Shown one piece after another: positions 10,762 to 21,153 of a stretch of DNA of 64,000 nucleotides. A program made the position numbers and the translations under genes. Below the pieces are notes generated by a model that worked only from the letters and a program-made list of their open reading frames with translations, ran no database searches and was not told the DNA's origin. Position 1 is the first letter of the stretch; every line of letters starts with the position of its first letter. The stretch spans positions 1 to 64,000 of the forward strand of contig JBGSMV010000041.1 in the NCBI GenBank assembly GCA_041739995.1, given 5' to 3'. The DNA is from Bdellovibrionota bacterium. GTDB taxonomy: Bacteria; Bdellovibrionota_C; UBA2361; JBGSMV01.

Positions 10762-12315
10762 ATGAAGAACCAATGCTCCCTGACCGACGCTCGCCCTCCC
10801 CCCATCGCACTAGTGTCCGCACAGCTACTCGCCGGAATTATAATATTCGCTTCGGTCCTTAGTTTTCCGTCTCTTGCTGCCGACCCGGGCCTTGGTTGGC
10901 ACCTAGCTGCGGGGCAATTCATTTTTGAAAACAGACATCTTCCTTCAGCCGACCCATTCCTTTGGCCACCGTCAGAAAATATATGGATTCTTAATCAGTG
11001 GGGAGCCGAACTCATCGGGTATGGGATTTTCGCGCTGGGTGGCTGGGGACTCATTCATGTCTGCTCTTTCCTCGTGATTTGGGGGGCCCATATCCTGATT
11101 CCATTGGCGCTTCTTAAAACTACCCCCTTTCGAGCAGCACCACTTATTTTCGGCTTGCTTGGCGTCATCATTCTGGGCTCCCCACAGTGGCTGATTCGTC
11201 CACAGCTACTCTCCTTCTTATATTTCGGAATAACCGTCTACGCCTGCCGTAAGTGGCTGACTGGACAACTGGGAAGCCTACCTTTCTGCGCACTAAGCAT
11301 GGCCCTTTTCACTTTGTGGGCGAACTCGCACCCTGGCTTCCTAGTTGGGTTCATCGCGTTCGCCGCAGTCGGGCTTGATCTACTCGTACGAAAAGATGTT
11401 CGCCGGTTGCTACAGACAATTTCGATCGCAGGCGCAGCAATGCTCGCCTCATTGATCAATCCATACGGTGTTCATCTACATCTTAGCGCTCTCGATCTCG
11501 CACGTGACCCCTATTTCACAAACCTCATGAACGAGTGGCTGCCGATCTCAGAGAGTTCATCTCTTTCCTGGCGCTTTTTCGGAGTTTCACTTCTCGCAGC
11601 CCTTGGCGCTCTAGGGCATTTTCTTCGGCGCCGAACAATCTCGCCAAGCGACGCTCGCATATTCGATTGGGTACTTTTGGGACTGCTGTTCGTCCTAACC
11701 CTGGAGCATCGAAGGATGCTGGCCTTTTTTGCGATCGCCGCCACAATTCCCCTGGCATATTCATTCGATTCTCTCCTTCCCGTCCGCCACATCAAAACTG
11801 AGATCGATGGACCCAGACGATCTACCCCGGAGTTAGTATCCTGCGTGCTTCTGTGCTCACTCATCGTAATATCTCTACTCTTAGTGGCAAGAAGTTGGCC
11901 TTGGTCTACGAAGGAAGAGTTTCGCTTGACTGGTTTCTCCACCTACTTTCCCGTAGAGGACATCGCAAAGATCAGCTATGCAACTTCCACAAAACCAGAC
12001 GCTCAGCCATTGCACGTCTTCAATAACCCCAACTGGGGAGGTCTGATCACCTGGGCTTATTGGCCACACGCGACTACCTTTGTCGATGACCGCAACGAAC
12101 TGAATGGACGAAACCGCTACGAGCGTTACTACTCTGCGGTGCGCATGGAAGAAGACTCGCTAAGTTGGATCAGCGAACAACACTTTGACATTCTTGCCCT
12201 GCCCGTAAACTCCGAATTGGCGAAACACCTTTCAGCCAAACAGTCCGAAGACCCTCCTATTTTTCGTGAGATTTCACGCTCGGAGGAAGCCGTGATCTAT
12301 AGACGTGCTCCCTAA
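10762..12315 (+). CDS. Polytopic membrane protein, GT-C-fold glycosyltransferase-like
   Basis: About 11-12 TM segments; DPGLGWHLAAGQFI...DPF, RPQLLS, LWANSHPGF, LINPYG, NEW; C-terminal soluble domain (WGG.I.W...FVDDR). Confidence 0.7.
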   Translation: MKNQCSLTDARPPPIALVSAQLLAGIIIFASVLSFPSLAADPGLGWHLAAGQFIFENRHLPSADPFLWPPSENIWILNQWGAELIGYGIFALGGWGLIHVCSFLVIWGAHILIPLALLKTTPFRAAPLIFGLLGVIILGSPQWLIRPQLLSFLYFGITVYACRKWLTGQLGSLPFCALSMALFTLWANSHPGFLVGFIAFAAVGLDLLVRKDVRRLLQTISIAGAAMLASLINPYGVHLHLSALDLARDPYFTNLMNEWLPISESSSLSWRFFGVSLLAALGALGHFLRRRTISPSDARIFDWVLLGLLFVLTLEHRRMLAFFAIAATIPLAYSFDSLLPVRHIKTEIDGPRRSTPELVSCVLLCSLIVISLLLVARSWPWSTKEEFRLTGFSTYFPVEDIAKISYATSTKPDAQPLHVFNNPNWGGLITWAYWPHATTFVDDRNELNGRNRYERYYSAVRMEEDSLSWISEQHFDILALPVNSELAKHLSAKQSEDPPIFREISRSEEAVIYRRAP

Positions 12316-12482
12316 AGCTTTCAGTTAAGCCAAAGCCAGCGCTCAACTGAGGGAATGCACCCCCAGAGCCAAGAAACTTTCGAGCGAGATCGTCGAATAT
12401 CACCTGGCGCCTCGCCCCACTTTCGCAAGGTCGCAATAAAGATCCGACGCTGAAAGTAACCCAAGAAAGACATTTTACTGCT

Positions 12483-13460
12483 ATGATTGTTGCACCGATT
12501 CTCTCCCTTCTCCTACCCCACACGTGCGCGGTTTGCAGGCGTCATTGCTCTACCCTGCCTTTATGCTATCGATGTGCACCGCCCGGTTCGCCTTCCTTAG
12601 ATGCCTCTACTTGGGATATTAAAAGATCTATTTCTCGATGCTCCCGCTGCTTCACCGATCTCGATCAACCAGAGGATCCATCACTGACCGAGCCTCCCAC
12701 GTGCCCGCTTTGCGCTGAACATCCGTCACCAATCCGGGAACAACGCTTTCTGTGGCCCTACCAAACTCGTATTCGAGATGCCTTGCGGGCTGCAAAATAT
12801 CGCCCAAGGCTAAGACTAGCCCAGTGGTTTGGCGAGAGATTAGCGGAAGAAGGCGTGGCGCTTTTCATTCGACGCGACTGGACCTCGGTGGCCGCAATTC
12901 CCGCGTGCCCCGAAAGGCTCCGCAGCCGAGGTTTTGACCAAGGGTTAGTCATGGCGTCTGTGGTGTCAAAGCGACTCGGACTACCACTTCTCACTAGAAC
13001 AATCGGACGAGAAGCTCGCAGCACGCCACAAGCAGATATTCCGCACCCACGCCGCTTCAGCAATAGCATTCGCTCCTTCTATCTAAAGGAAACAAGCCCG
13101 CCATCCATGGAAGAAGGCGCCGGTATTCTGCTGATTGACGACATCACCACCACTGGGGCCTCCTCAGTAGTGGTAGCCAAGCTTCTTCTACAAGCCGGGG
13201 CCGAATACGTTGATTTCCTAAGCGTTGCGCGCGCTGATGCATGGAACGCCCACTACCATTCACGAACGACTTTATTTTTACCTCTAAGCAGCACAAGATT
13301 AACCCATGACCAAGACACCCCCATCAACCCAAGCACCGCAGGCAAACACCCACTCGACATCTCCTCAAAACCCAGATGCCTGGCAAGCTCTCCTAGACGT
13401 AGTCGCCAAGCTAAGAGACCCCCAAGGGGGTTGCCCCTGGGACCTCGAGCAGACCCATGA
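12483..13460 (+). CDS. comF: ComF family protein (zinc ribbon + phosphoribosyltransferase domain)
   Basis: CAVC...CYRC, CSRC, CPLC; RGFDQ; ILLIDDITTTGAS; conserved part ends at VARA (~13236), and the ORF tail overlaps mazG. Confidence 0.85.
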   Translation: MIVAPILSLLLPHTCAVCRRHCSTLPLCYRCAPPGSPSLDASTWDIKRSISRCSRCFTDLDQPEDPSLTEPPTCPLCAEHPSPIREQRFLWPYQTRIRDALRAAKYRPRLRLAQWFGERLAEEGVALFIRRDWTSVAAIPACPERLRSRGFDQGLVMASVVSKRLGLPLLTRTIGREARSTPQADIPHPRRFSNSIRSFYLKETSPPSMEEGAGILLIDDITTTGASSVVVAKLLLQAGAEYVDFLSVARADAWNAHYHSRTTLFLPLSSTRLTHDQDTPINPSTAGKHPLDISSKPRCLASSPRRSRQAKRPPRGLPLGPRADP

Positions 13461-14163
13461 GTCGCTTACCCCCTACGTTGTCGAAGAAGCGTACGAGGTA
13501 GTCGATGCCATACGCCATGAACGTGGCGACCTCGCCGGGGAGTTAGGAGACCTGCTTCTGCAAGTAGTCCTTCACTCCCAGATTGCGTCCGAAGAAGGAA
13601 CCTTCAGCATAAATGATGTGCTTCAGCACCTTACTAAAAAACTTATTCACCGCCACCCTCACGTGTTTGGAGACACCAAAGTTTCTTCGACTAAAGAAGT
13701 CTTGGAGAATTGGGAGAAGCTTAAACGGGCCGAGAAAAGCTCTGGAGATTCCGCCGAAACGGCACCCAAGAAGAAATCGGTCATAAGCGGGGTTCCGAAG
13801 TCTATGCCGGCGCTTTTTCGTGCGCATCGCTTAGGAGAAAAAGTTTCCCGCGTTGGTTTTGATTGGACGAACAGCACGGAGGTGCTTACAAAGGTTCGAG
13901 AAGAATTGAAGGAGTTTGAGGAAGCGATATCGCAGAATCAAGGCGAAGCCGCCGAGTTTGAAGAACTAGGCGATCTGCTTTTTGTCTTAGCGCAGTGGGC
14001 ACGCAAAAAAGGGCGCCCGGCGGAAGAACTGCTCAATGAAGCAAATGAGAAGTTCATTCGACGCTTCACTCATCTCGAACTTGCGGCCGGAGACTCTCTC
14101 GATCACCAGACTCCTCAAGAACTTGAAGTCTTGTGGCAGAAGGCAAAGGAGGCGGTTGGTTAA
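13306..14163 (+). CDS. mazG: Nucleoside triphosphate pyrophosphohydrolase MazG
   Basis: LRDPQGGCPWDLEQT, EEAYEV, ELGDLLLQVV, RHPHVFG, GFDW, EELGDLLF, KFIRRF. Confidence 0.97.
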   Translation: MTKTPPSTQAPQANTHSTSPQNPDAWQALLDVVAKLRDPQGGCPWDLEQTHESLTPYVVEEAYEVVDAIRHERGDLAGELGDLLLQVVLHSQIASEEGTFSINDVLQHLTKKLIHRHPHVFGDTKVSSTKEVLENWEKLKRAEKSSGDSAETAPKKKSVISGVPKSMPALFRAHRLGEKVSRVGFDWTNSTEVLTKVREELKEFEEAISQNQGEAAEFEELGDLLFVLAQWARKKGRPAEELLNEANEKFIRRFTHLELAAGDSLDHQTPQELEVLWQKAKEAVG

Positions 14164-15211
14164 GCCGGCCCCGTTCCGCTGACACATCTATGCCACTAGA
14201 AGATATCCTTACGGAAACCGTCCCATCGATGCTGGTCACATAGAGCTTTTCGCTTCTCTTGGCCTCAACCCACTTGCACTCTTCTCCGCTGCGTCGGCAT
14301 CCCTGCACCGGCGGCAATCGCGACTCAGACCCTTTAAGCGAAACAGAGAGTCGTTGAAGAGTCTCAACTCTTGGATATCCTAAAGTATCCACTCGACCGA
14401 TTCCGGGAGCCCCGACTGAGACAATTGCATACTCGGGACGAACGGCATCTAAGAAGGACGCCGACGACGAAACATGCGAGGCGTGGTGCCCGACCTTTAA
14501 AACGTCAGCCTTTAAAAGGCCTCGTAGCGATGGGCTCTTGAGCGCCACCGCCTCCCACTGAGTAGTCGCGTCAGCAAGTAACAGCATCGAATGACCTGCA
14601 TACGAAATGCGCAGTTTAATTGAACAATCGTTTAGATTCTCCATGCATCCAAGAAGTCCTTCTTCGGCAGGAGTAAGGGCGAGCACTTTCGCTTCAACTG
14701 CCGGAGAGCCGCACAGATCAATCTGTGCCGGCACACGACTCTGATACTCCACTCCATGAGTCTCAAGCGCGCGTCGAAGCCGTTCTTCTTCGTCGCTTTC
14801 TGCAAAATTCGCCCCACTGTCGAGGAACGTCTTCGCGGTGATTCCACTGTCGAACAGTGCCAAGAACCCTCCGATATGATCGGGGTGCGGGTGGGTGTTG
14901 ATAAAAAGATGGAATTTCTCTGTGCCCGGCGCTCTTTGAGCAAGAAAGTCACGTAGCCTCAGCGCAGCTCCTGGATAACGACTGTCGGCATCACCTGCAT
15001 CAATTAAACTAAAAGTTTCCTGGTCTGGGCACGAAATTAATATCGCATCGCCAAGTCCGACATCAATAACATCGACGCGAAGCGCGTCATTAAGCCCCTG
15101 TGCGGAAACAGGTACAGGCACCGGCATCAGCACGGTCGTCATCAGTAGCAACGAAGCGCAGCGCTTTCTAAAGTGCCGACAGATTGTGGGATTCTTCAGT
15201 TTCAGTTGCAT
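14066..15211 (-). CDS. Exported ComEC/Rec2-type metallo-beta-lactamase-fold hydrolase
   Basis: Signal peptide; DVGLGDAILI, LIDAG, THPHPDHIGG, NDCSI, LKVGHH; no ComEC membrane domain. Confidence 0.88.
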   Translation of the reverse strand: MQLKLKNPTICRHFRKRCASLLLMTTVLMPVPVPVSAQGLNDALRVDVIDVGLGDAILISCPDQETFSLIDAGDADSRYPGAALRLRDFLAQRAPGTEKFHLFINTHPHPDHIGGFLALFDSGITAKTFLDSGANFAESDEEERLRRALETHGVEYQSRVPAQIDLCGSPAVEAKVLALTPAEEGLLGCMENLNDCSIKLRISYAGHSMLLLADATTQWEAVALKSPSLRGLLKADVLKVGHHASHVSSSASFLDAVRPEYAIVSVGAPGIGRVDTLGYPRVETLQRLSVSLKGSESRLPPVQGCRRSGEECKWVEAKRSEKLYVTSIDGTVSVRISSSGIDVSAERGRLNQPPPLPSATRLQVLEESGDRESLRPQVRDE

Positions 15212-15240
15212 CTCAGTAGTCGCACGGGCCTCACAAATAT

Positions 15241-16326
15241 TTACCGCGAGGAGAAAGACAATGCCGAGGCAAGCTCCGCTGGCGGGTAATTTCCTTGACC
15301 CACCGCACCCTGACCCACCGCACCGGGCGTTTCGAAAACTGCGAGGAACCCGCGGTGGTCTGATCCGGGGATGTTAAACACCTGCAGACCGCGCACTATG
15401 ATAGCCCCCTTAGTAAAAACATGGTCGATCGCGAAGCGCATCCACCAGCGACTCATGTCCCAAGTTCGAGCCATCCCCGTGTTCCTCAACCCCCTCCCCC
15501 ATTGCACATCCTTTAGGCGTGCTTCGTATACGAAGCCCCGATAGCTTTGTGAAAAGGGCGTTGCATTAAGATCAGTAAATACGATGCCCTCAGGCACCTC
15601 ATGCCTAAGCTTGGTTCCAAGCCTCCGCGTGATAAGCCACGAGAGCTCTACCTCTTCATCACTAAAGGGCGGCAGGGCATCAAACACCACCACGGGCACG
15701 GGAGTCCCATTTCTGACATTCAAACTCGCCATAATGACTGGTCGGACATCTTCTCCTAAAGATGTTTGCACGTCCGTGAAAGGGAATTTGGATAATAGAG
15801 CCAGCCCCACATCCTCGACTTGAGGAACAAAGAGTCGAAAAGGAAAGGTGCCTGAGAGCTGATCTACCTGAGTTTTCGTTGTCTCAAGCAACGCGACGAC
15901 TTCGACGTCCATAGAGCGCAGAAGCCGATATACTTCTTCTGGGTGGGAGTTTTCGCTACTCACGTTGAGAAGCGCGGCGCTCCATACCGGATTAACGACA
16001 CCCACGCTGGCATCTTGATTGGCAACAAACCGCGACTGGGCAAGTGGCCCTAAATCGGGGCGACCGCGAAAAAAAGAGATAAGAGTCGGTGCGTGGATAG
16101 AAAGTCCAGAGAGCAAAAGTGACAAACAGAAAAATGAGATCAGCCACCAACCGGCACGCCACCACCACACTACCGTCACAACGCCGAGCGCCGCTATTGG
16201 AATGAAGTATCCACCAAAATTTTCAATTATCTTTAATTGCCAAATGCGAAACGGGATGTATCCGACGCACAGTGCCGCTCCCGAGAGGAGCAAAAGTAGA
16301 ATCCATACTCTTGCTAGAAAGCGCAT
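15241..16326 (-). CDS. Membrane-anchored endonuclease/exonuclease/phosphatase family protein
   Basis: Three N-terminal TMs; LNV, VALLE, LLSKFP, DLNATPFS, IDHVF, GSDH. Confidence 0.88.
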   Translation of the reverse strand: MRFLARVWILLLLLSGAALCVGYIPFRIWQLKIIENFGGYFIPIAALGVVTVVWWWRAGWWLISFFCLSLLLSGLSIHAPTLISFFRGRPDLGPLAQSRFVANQDASVGVVNPVWSAALLNVSSENSHPEEVYRLLRSMDVEVVALLETTKTQVDQLSGTFPFRLFVPQVEDVGLALLSKFPFTDVQTSLGEDVRPVIMASLNVRNGTPVPVVVFDALPPFSDEEVELSWLITRRLGTKLRHEVPEGIVFTDLNATPFSQSYRGFVYEARLKDVQWGRGLRNTGMARTWDMSRWWMRFAIDHVFTKGAIIVRGLQVFNIPGSDHRGFLAVFETPGAVGQGAVGQGNYPPAELASALSFSSR

Positions 16327-16411
16327 GACCGACAGCTAGACTCTAAACGGAACATGCCAGTTGGAATATTCCTAGAATAAACAATCTGAGACGACAGTTT
16401 GAGATATCGAG

Positions 16412-16777
16412 CTAGGCACGATTCCAGTCGAGCACCCCTTTTCGCCATGCGTAAACAAGCCCCACACTGAGCACAAGTACGAAGATCAGCATTTGAATGT
16501 ACGAAGCCCATCCAAGCTCCATCAAGGTGACCGCCCAAGGATAAAGAAAAATCACCTCGATATCGAAAAGAATGAAGAGCATCGCTACGAGATAGAAGCG
16601 CACACTAAAGCGCTGCTTGCTCGCCTCTCCCACCGATACCGAACCACACTCGAACGGTAATTGCTTGGTGACGCTTCGGTTTTTAGGGCCAAGCATGGTT
16701 TTGAGAACAAGAACGGGCAACAGAAAGCCAGCTGTGGCAACTCCGAACAACATCAAAATTCCGAGGTACTGATTCAT
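16412..16777 (-). CDS. nuoA: NADH-quinone oxidoreductase subunit A
   Basis: PFECG, RFSVRFYLVAMLFILFDIEVIFLYPWA, YAWRKGVLDW. Confidence 0.96.
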   Translation of the reverse strand: MNQYLGILMLFGVATAGFLLPVLVLKTMLGPKNRSVTKQLPFECGSVSVGEASKQRFSVRFYLVAMLFILFDIEVIFLYPWAVTLMELGWASYIQMLIFVLVLSVGLVYAWRKGVLDWNRA

Positions 16778-16943
16778 AGAGCCTTCGCCTCACCACGCTT
16801 CATCGGAGCATCCAAGGCCCCTGTGCTTCTGCGCTCTATTACCGACGATACAACACGTTCCGGCAATACACTTTTCAGCAATACGCCCCAAGGACTCGGC
16901 TTGTGCCGCAACGCCTTTCCCGCATTCCTCGCAGATAAAAAAA

Positions 16944-17017
<74 letters not shown>

Positions 17018-17747
17018 ATATAAAAACGTCAGTTCTTCATTAGCCTGCCGAGACAGGTTCACAGAACCCTGTGCTTGGTCATTCAATGACTCACACGTGC
17101 GCTTAATCTGGATATTGTCTTGGGGCCGTCGCTTCGTAAAGCGCTCGAACCAGCTCCCAAACGTTATTCAGAAACGCGCCGTCTACTGGATCCCTCGGGA
17201 AAAGAGCATTCAGGAGCCCCCTCTGACGAAGTTCCATTGTTATATTTTATTCACATGACATTTCATATGGTTACATGAACATTTCGCGAAAATTTGATTG
17301 CCTCCTTCATTTTCCCCTTCCAACTTAATCAGACCCTCGATGGGGCATATCTTCCTAACCCACTAACTTGACAGGTAGTTTTTAGAACGCTATCTCAACA
17401 AACCCCTGAAGCATGCTGGCTTCTCCTCCGGATATGGGAGGTGAGTGTTGCTTTCCTGTTTTCGCTTCCGTGTTGCCTACAGTCGCAGAGGGTCTGCCTG
17501 TTACAGCTTGATTTGAATGACGAGAGAGCAATGTCGAAATGAGAGGTTTCCCGACTAAGAACTAAGCTCTTTTAAAGACGAAAACGAGCAGGGAGAAATC
17601 TTTCAGTGATCATGGGTGCCGAAGAGGTATTAATGATCAGGTAATCGTAGTCCAAGAGTTGCCGCTCATGCAGGCACCTCTCGGGGGAATTCAGCCAGTT
17701 AACGCGCACCGAGTGTGGTGCGCGAGCTTGGCAAGGTGGTTGCTCGA

Positions 17748-19829
17748 ATGGCGCAAACTGCGAAAAGAAAGATCTTTGATGACCGCTACGAGATCCTTTC
17801 AATAGTTGGAAGGGGCGCCCGCAGTGTCGTCTACCATGCTCGTCACGTTAAAGACCCAAATACCGAAGTCGCCCTCAAAGTTCTTCTTGAGCAAAAAGGT
17901 AAGATTTCAAACCCAGAGCGCTTACGCAAAGAAGCTCTTGCTCTAGTATCTGCTCGACATCGATCCGTCATTCGACTCGACGATTTCCATTCAGTCGGGT
18001 CGCTCTGCTACCTTTCACTTGAATACGCCCCTGAAGCAGACCTGCGACGTTACTCCATGAAGATCGGAGGAGTATTGCCTCCGGAGTTCGCAGAACGCTT
18101 TCTAATGCAGACCGCCGAAGCCCTCGCTTTCGTTCACAAGGTCGGAATCATTCATCGCGACGTGAAACCAGAGAACATTCTAGTTATTAATCAGAATGAA
18201 GTTCGACTCGCCGACTTCGGTGTTGCGGTCTTGCCGGGAGATACGGCCTCGCTCGAAGACTTGCAGTCCGGTGTAGGAACGATGAACTACCTCGCTCCTG
18301 AAGTTCTTGATGGGAAAGCTGCCGACCCTCGTTCGGATCTTTACTCTCTTGCGGTCACTTTCTACGAGTTGATTTCGGGGCTCAATCCATTTGAGAAATC
18401 TTCTCTGGCGCAGCAAGTAGAGGCACGTCGCGACGAAAACGTTCCCCGACTATTGACGCTTTCTCCTAAGACACCTCCGCATCTTTCAGCCGCCATCATG
18501 CAGGCAATGAGTTTCGACCCGGAAGCGCGCTTCGCAACTATCCGCGAATTTATTCAGGCAATTTTAATTGGAAAGTCGAAACCTGCCGAAACCCAGAGGA
18601 CAACGAAGAACCGAACGTCGCAGCCGTCGGCCGCGCGCGCACGTGAGCGTCTTACTGCTGATATCGATCCTTCTCAGACCACATCTATCGACGGCGATAA
18701 GAACTTGCGGCACCAGGACTTGACTTCGCAAAAATCGCTCAGTCATGAAGTTTCAGTGGACGAAGACCTCGGCACGGCGGAAGAACGCACACAAGCAATG
18801 CCGAAGTACGATCCCCCACCACTCCCCGTCAAACAAGCATCCGATGAGGTTGGAGAAACCGTGGTGGTGTCCTCGCCTAAACCACCTCCAACTTCAGTCA
18901 CGTCAACAGTCTATGCACCGGGTGGACTGAAAGAGTTAGTAGATGCACTTCCTAAGCAGCCTCCCTCTAAGCCAGCTCGCAAAGCTTCTGCAAGTGACAT
19001 TGCCGCCACGGTTAACATTCCAATTGAAAGTACCGCTGCGGCTTCCGCGAGCAGCGGCCCCTCTGACACCACTGAAATTTCAGATCCCACGCAGACCGCC
19101 TTTATCCCTCAGAGTTCGGTTGAAGAAGCGAAGCGCTCAGGGCTTCAGCGCATCAGGGAAAAGCAGGGAAAAAGAACAGCACGGCGCACACAACTGGCCG
19201 ACACCACTTCAAACGTGGCGATGCACCCGCGCATGAACCTTAATAAGCTAGCCGCTCTGGGCACCGGGGCGGGAATTTTCGTGGCGCTAATACTTGTGGC
19301 CTTCTCGGGACTGCTTTCCCCCTCCTCAGAGGTGGGTGACGGCTCAGACCTTGCAGCTGTCTTCGTTCCGCCCATTCCACCGGTAACTGCTCAAGATTAT
19401 GCTTTCCCCGACCTTCCGCCTGGGATGTACGTCGGCTCTATCTCGAATCTTCTGCCCGGTAGAAAGGTTCCCCTGACGCTTCTTAGCATCCCGCGACAGG
19501 CCGTGGTCAGTGACGCATCAACCGCTGACGGTGCTGCGCCACCTGAGTCCCCGAAGACTGAGCTTTCTGTCGTTCTTGGAGTTGATGGTTGGATGCCTTC
19601 ACCTGCTTCTCCGCGAGCGAGCACCGCGACTGCCGGCGCACCAATGATTGTGCGCACCACATCGAACGGCTACATCCTAGAGTTTGCTGCCCAGACAGTT
19701 TATGGCGAATTGTATGGCACTTATCGCAATCTGGTAACGGGCACTCACGGGGAGTGGCGTGCGCGCCCGGTGAATCCTAAAACAGATCCATCCAAAGACT
19801 CGAAGTCCACGGAAGACAAAATCACATAG
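17748..19829 (+). CDS. Hanks-type Ser/Thr protein kinase with long linker, one TM and extracytoplasmic domain
   Basis: YEILSIVGRGARSVVY, VALKVL, HRDVKPENIL, DFG, YLAPE, SDLYSL; TM GAGIFVALILVAFSGLL. Confidence 0.93.
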   Translation: MAQTAKRKIFDDRYEILSIVGRGARSVVYHARHVKDPNTEVALKVLLEQKGKISNPERLRKEALALVSARHRSVIRLDDFHSVGSLCYLSLEYAPEADLRRYSMKIGGVLPPEFAERFLMQTAEALAFVHKVGIIHRDVKPENILVINQNEVRLADFGVAVLPGDTASLEDLQSGVGTMNYLAPEVLDGKAADPRSDLYSLAVTFYELISGLNPFEKSSLAQQVEARRDENVPRLLTLSPKTPPHLSAAIMQAMSFDPEARFATIREFIQAILIGKSKPAETQRTTKNRTSQPSAARARERLTADIDPSQTTSIDGDKNLRHQDLTSQKSLSHEVSVDEDLGTAEERTQAMPKYDPPPLPVKQASDEVGETVVVSSPKPPPTSVTSTVYAPGGLKELVDALPKQPPSKPARKASASDIAATVNIPIESTAAASASSGPSDTTEISDPTQTAFIPQSSVEEAKRSGLQRIREKQGKRTARRTQLADTTSNVAMHPRMNLNKLAALGTGAGIFVALILVAFSGLLSPSSEVGDGSDLAAVFVPPIPPVTAQDYAFPDLPPGMYVGSISNLLPGRKVPLTLLSIPRQAVVSDASTADGAAPPESPKTELSVVLGVDGWMPSPASPRASTATAGAPMIVRTTSNGYILEFAAQTVYGELYGTYRNLVTGTHGEWRARPVNPKTDPSKDSKSTEDKIT

Positions 19830-19945
19830 CGACCATCGTTCGCGTATCGTCGATACTCAGCCCATTACACTCCCAAGAGGCCGGGCATTGGACTATCAAA
19901 CGCCTTCCATTGTACTTTTGCCTTCCCTGGAAGTGGAGAAAGAAC

Positions 19946-20590
19946 ATGGACCAATTTACACGCCCGCGACCCAATGAATCAGGCCAGAAGGAATCAGGCC
20001 AGAATGAATTAGGCCAGCAAAAGTCAGCTTTCGCTCGCGCCATCTGGACCCACGCTGGTCAAGAACCCGACCGATTTTTCCAAGCGTTTGTGCCACATCA
20101 ATATGACGTTGGCTTCTGTTGGAGATGCAAGGTGATTCCCGGCGAAGAACATCGAGCCATCCCCTTTGATGAGCAGCCGCGAGCGACTCAAGAGAGAATA
20201 GCGACCAATGCAGAAGTCCTCCTGCAGTTGTTTGAAGAAACGCCTCCGGCAGATCTCGATATCATGAGGGCTGCGGGGAAGACTCTCCTGCAGCATGGCG
20301 GCCAAGAGATTACGCGAGAGAGCGTGGTCGACGGCGACATCCCTTCACTAAGAGAAGGAATGTCCAAACGCCACCATGAAAAATGGCTTGTACAGTTCCG
20401 TGCTGATATTCGAGACGGCAAGCGAGATGATACCGATCACCGCGGAGCGTTGCCATTTGATGAGCTTCCTGGGGTCGAGCGAACGATCATGAAGGTGCAA
20501 AGTCTTGCGAATTGGCGGGTGCTTGGTTCCCTAGCCGATTCTGACTATCAGCTACTTAGAGACTTCTCGGTGAAGGCGGCACGAGAGTGA
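19946..20590 (+). CDS. Hypothetical protein with RyR-like (ryanodine receptor repeat) domain(s)
   Basis: GGAG RBS; MSKRHHEKW...GKRDDTDHRGALPFDELPGVER resembles the RyR-domain pattern H..W.....G..RD....HP.LVPY.ELPE.EK. Confidence 0.55.
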   Translation: MDQFTRPRPNESGQKESGQNELGQQKSAFARAIWTHAGQEPDRFFQAFVPHQYDVGFCWRCKVIPGEEHRAIPFDEQPRATQERIATNAEVLLQLFEETPPADLDIMRAAGKTLLQHGGQEITRESVVDGDIPSLREGMSKRHHEKWLVQFRADIRDGKRDDTDHRGALPFDELPGVERTIMKVQSLANWRVLGSLADSDYQLLRDFSVKAARE

Positions 20591-20640
20591 AATAACCAAC
20601 AGCGAGCTACGCGCCTGTCGGCCACTTCAAGACCGGCGAC

Positions 20641-21153
20641 ATGACTGAGCCACGGGCTCGGCAGTTCAATCATTTTGCGCCTTGTCTTATGATGGTACCG
20701 AGTCACTACCTTGCGGGGAATCGATTCCAGGCCACTTCGGTCCGCGCGGTAATCCGCAAAGAGGGTCTTATCCTTGTGGAATGGTTTTCTCCGAAATCAA
20801 TTTCGTTTCTTCCGGGAGGAACGCATGAGCTTAGTGAAAGCTTGGAAGCGACCCTGGCCCGTGAGTTAAACGAGGAACTCTCATGCAACTCCGCAAGAAT
20901 CGGCCGCTACCTTGGCAAAATCGGGCACATTTGGAAGACACCGACCGGACCCGCCAGCTGTCTCAACCACTTCTTTGAAGTAGCGCTTCAGGACGACCTC
21001 CCCGTGACCGCCAGAAAGAACGGCTGTGAGATGCGTTGGCTCGATATGGATTCTACGGAGTTAAACTGCCTTCAGCCGCCTTCTTTGAGAGGGTTGTTGC
21101 CGCTAGGCAGCGACGTCTGCCAAGAATGGAACTTCCTCGATGCCGAGCGCTAG
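20641..21153 (+). CDS. NUDIX hydrolase
   Basis: LPGGTHELSESLEATLARELNEEL is a Nudix box. Confidence 0.85.
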   Translation: MTEPRARQFNHFAPCLMMVPSHYLAGNRFQATSVRAVIRKEGLILVEWFSPKSISFLPGGTHELSESLEATLARELNEELSCNSARIGRYLGKIGHIWKTPTGPASCLNHFFEVALQDDLPVTARKNGCEMRWLDMDSTELNCLQPPSLRGLLPLGSDVCQEWNFLDAER

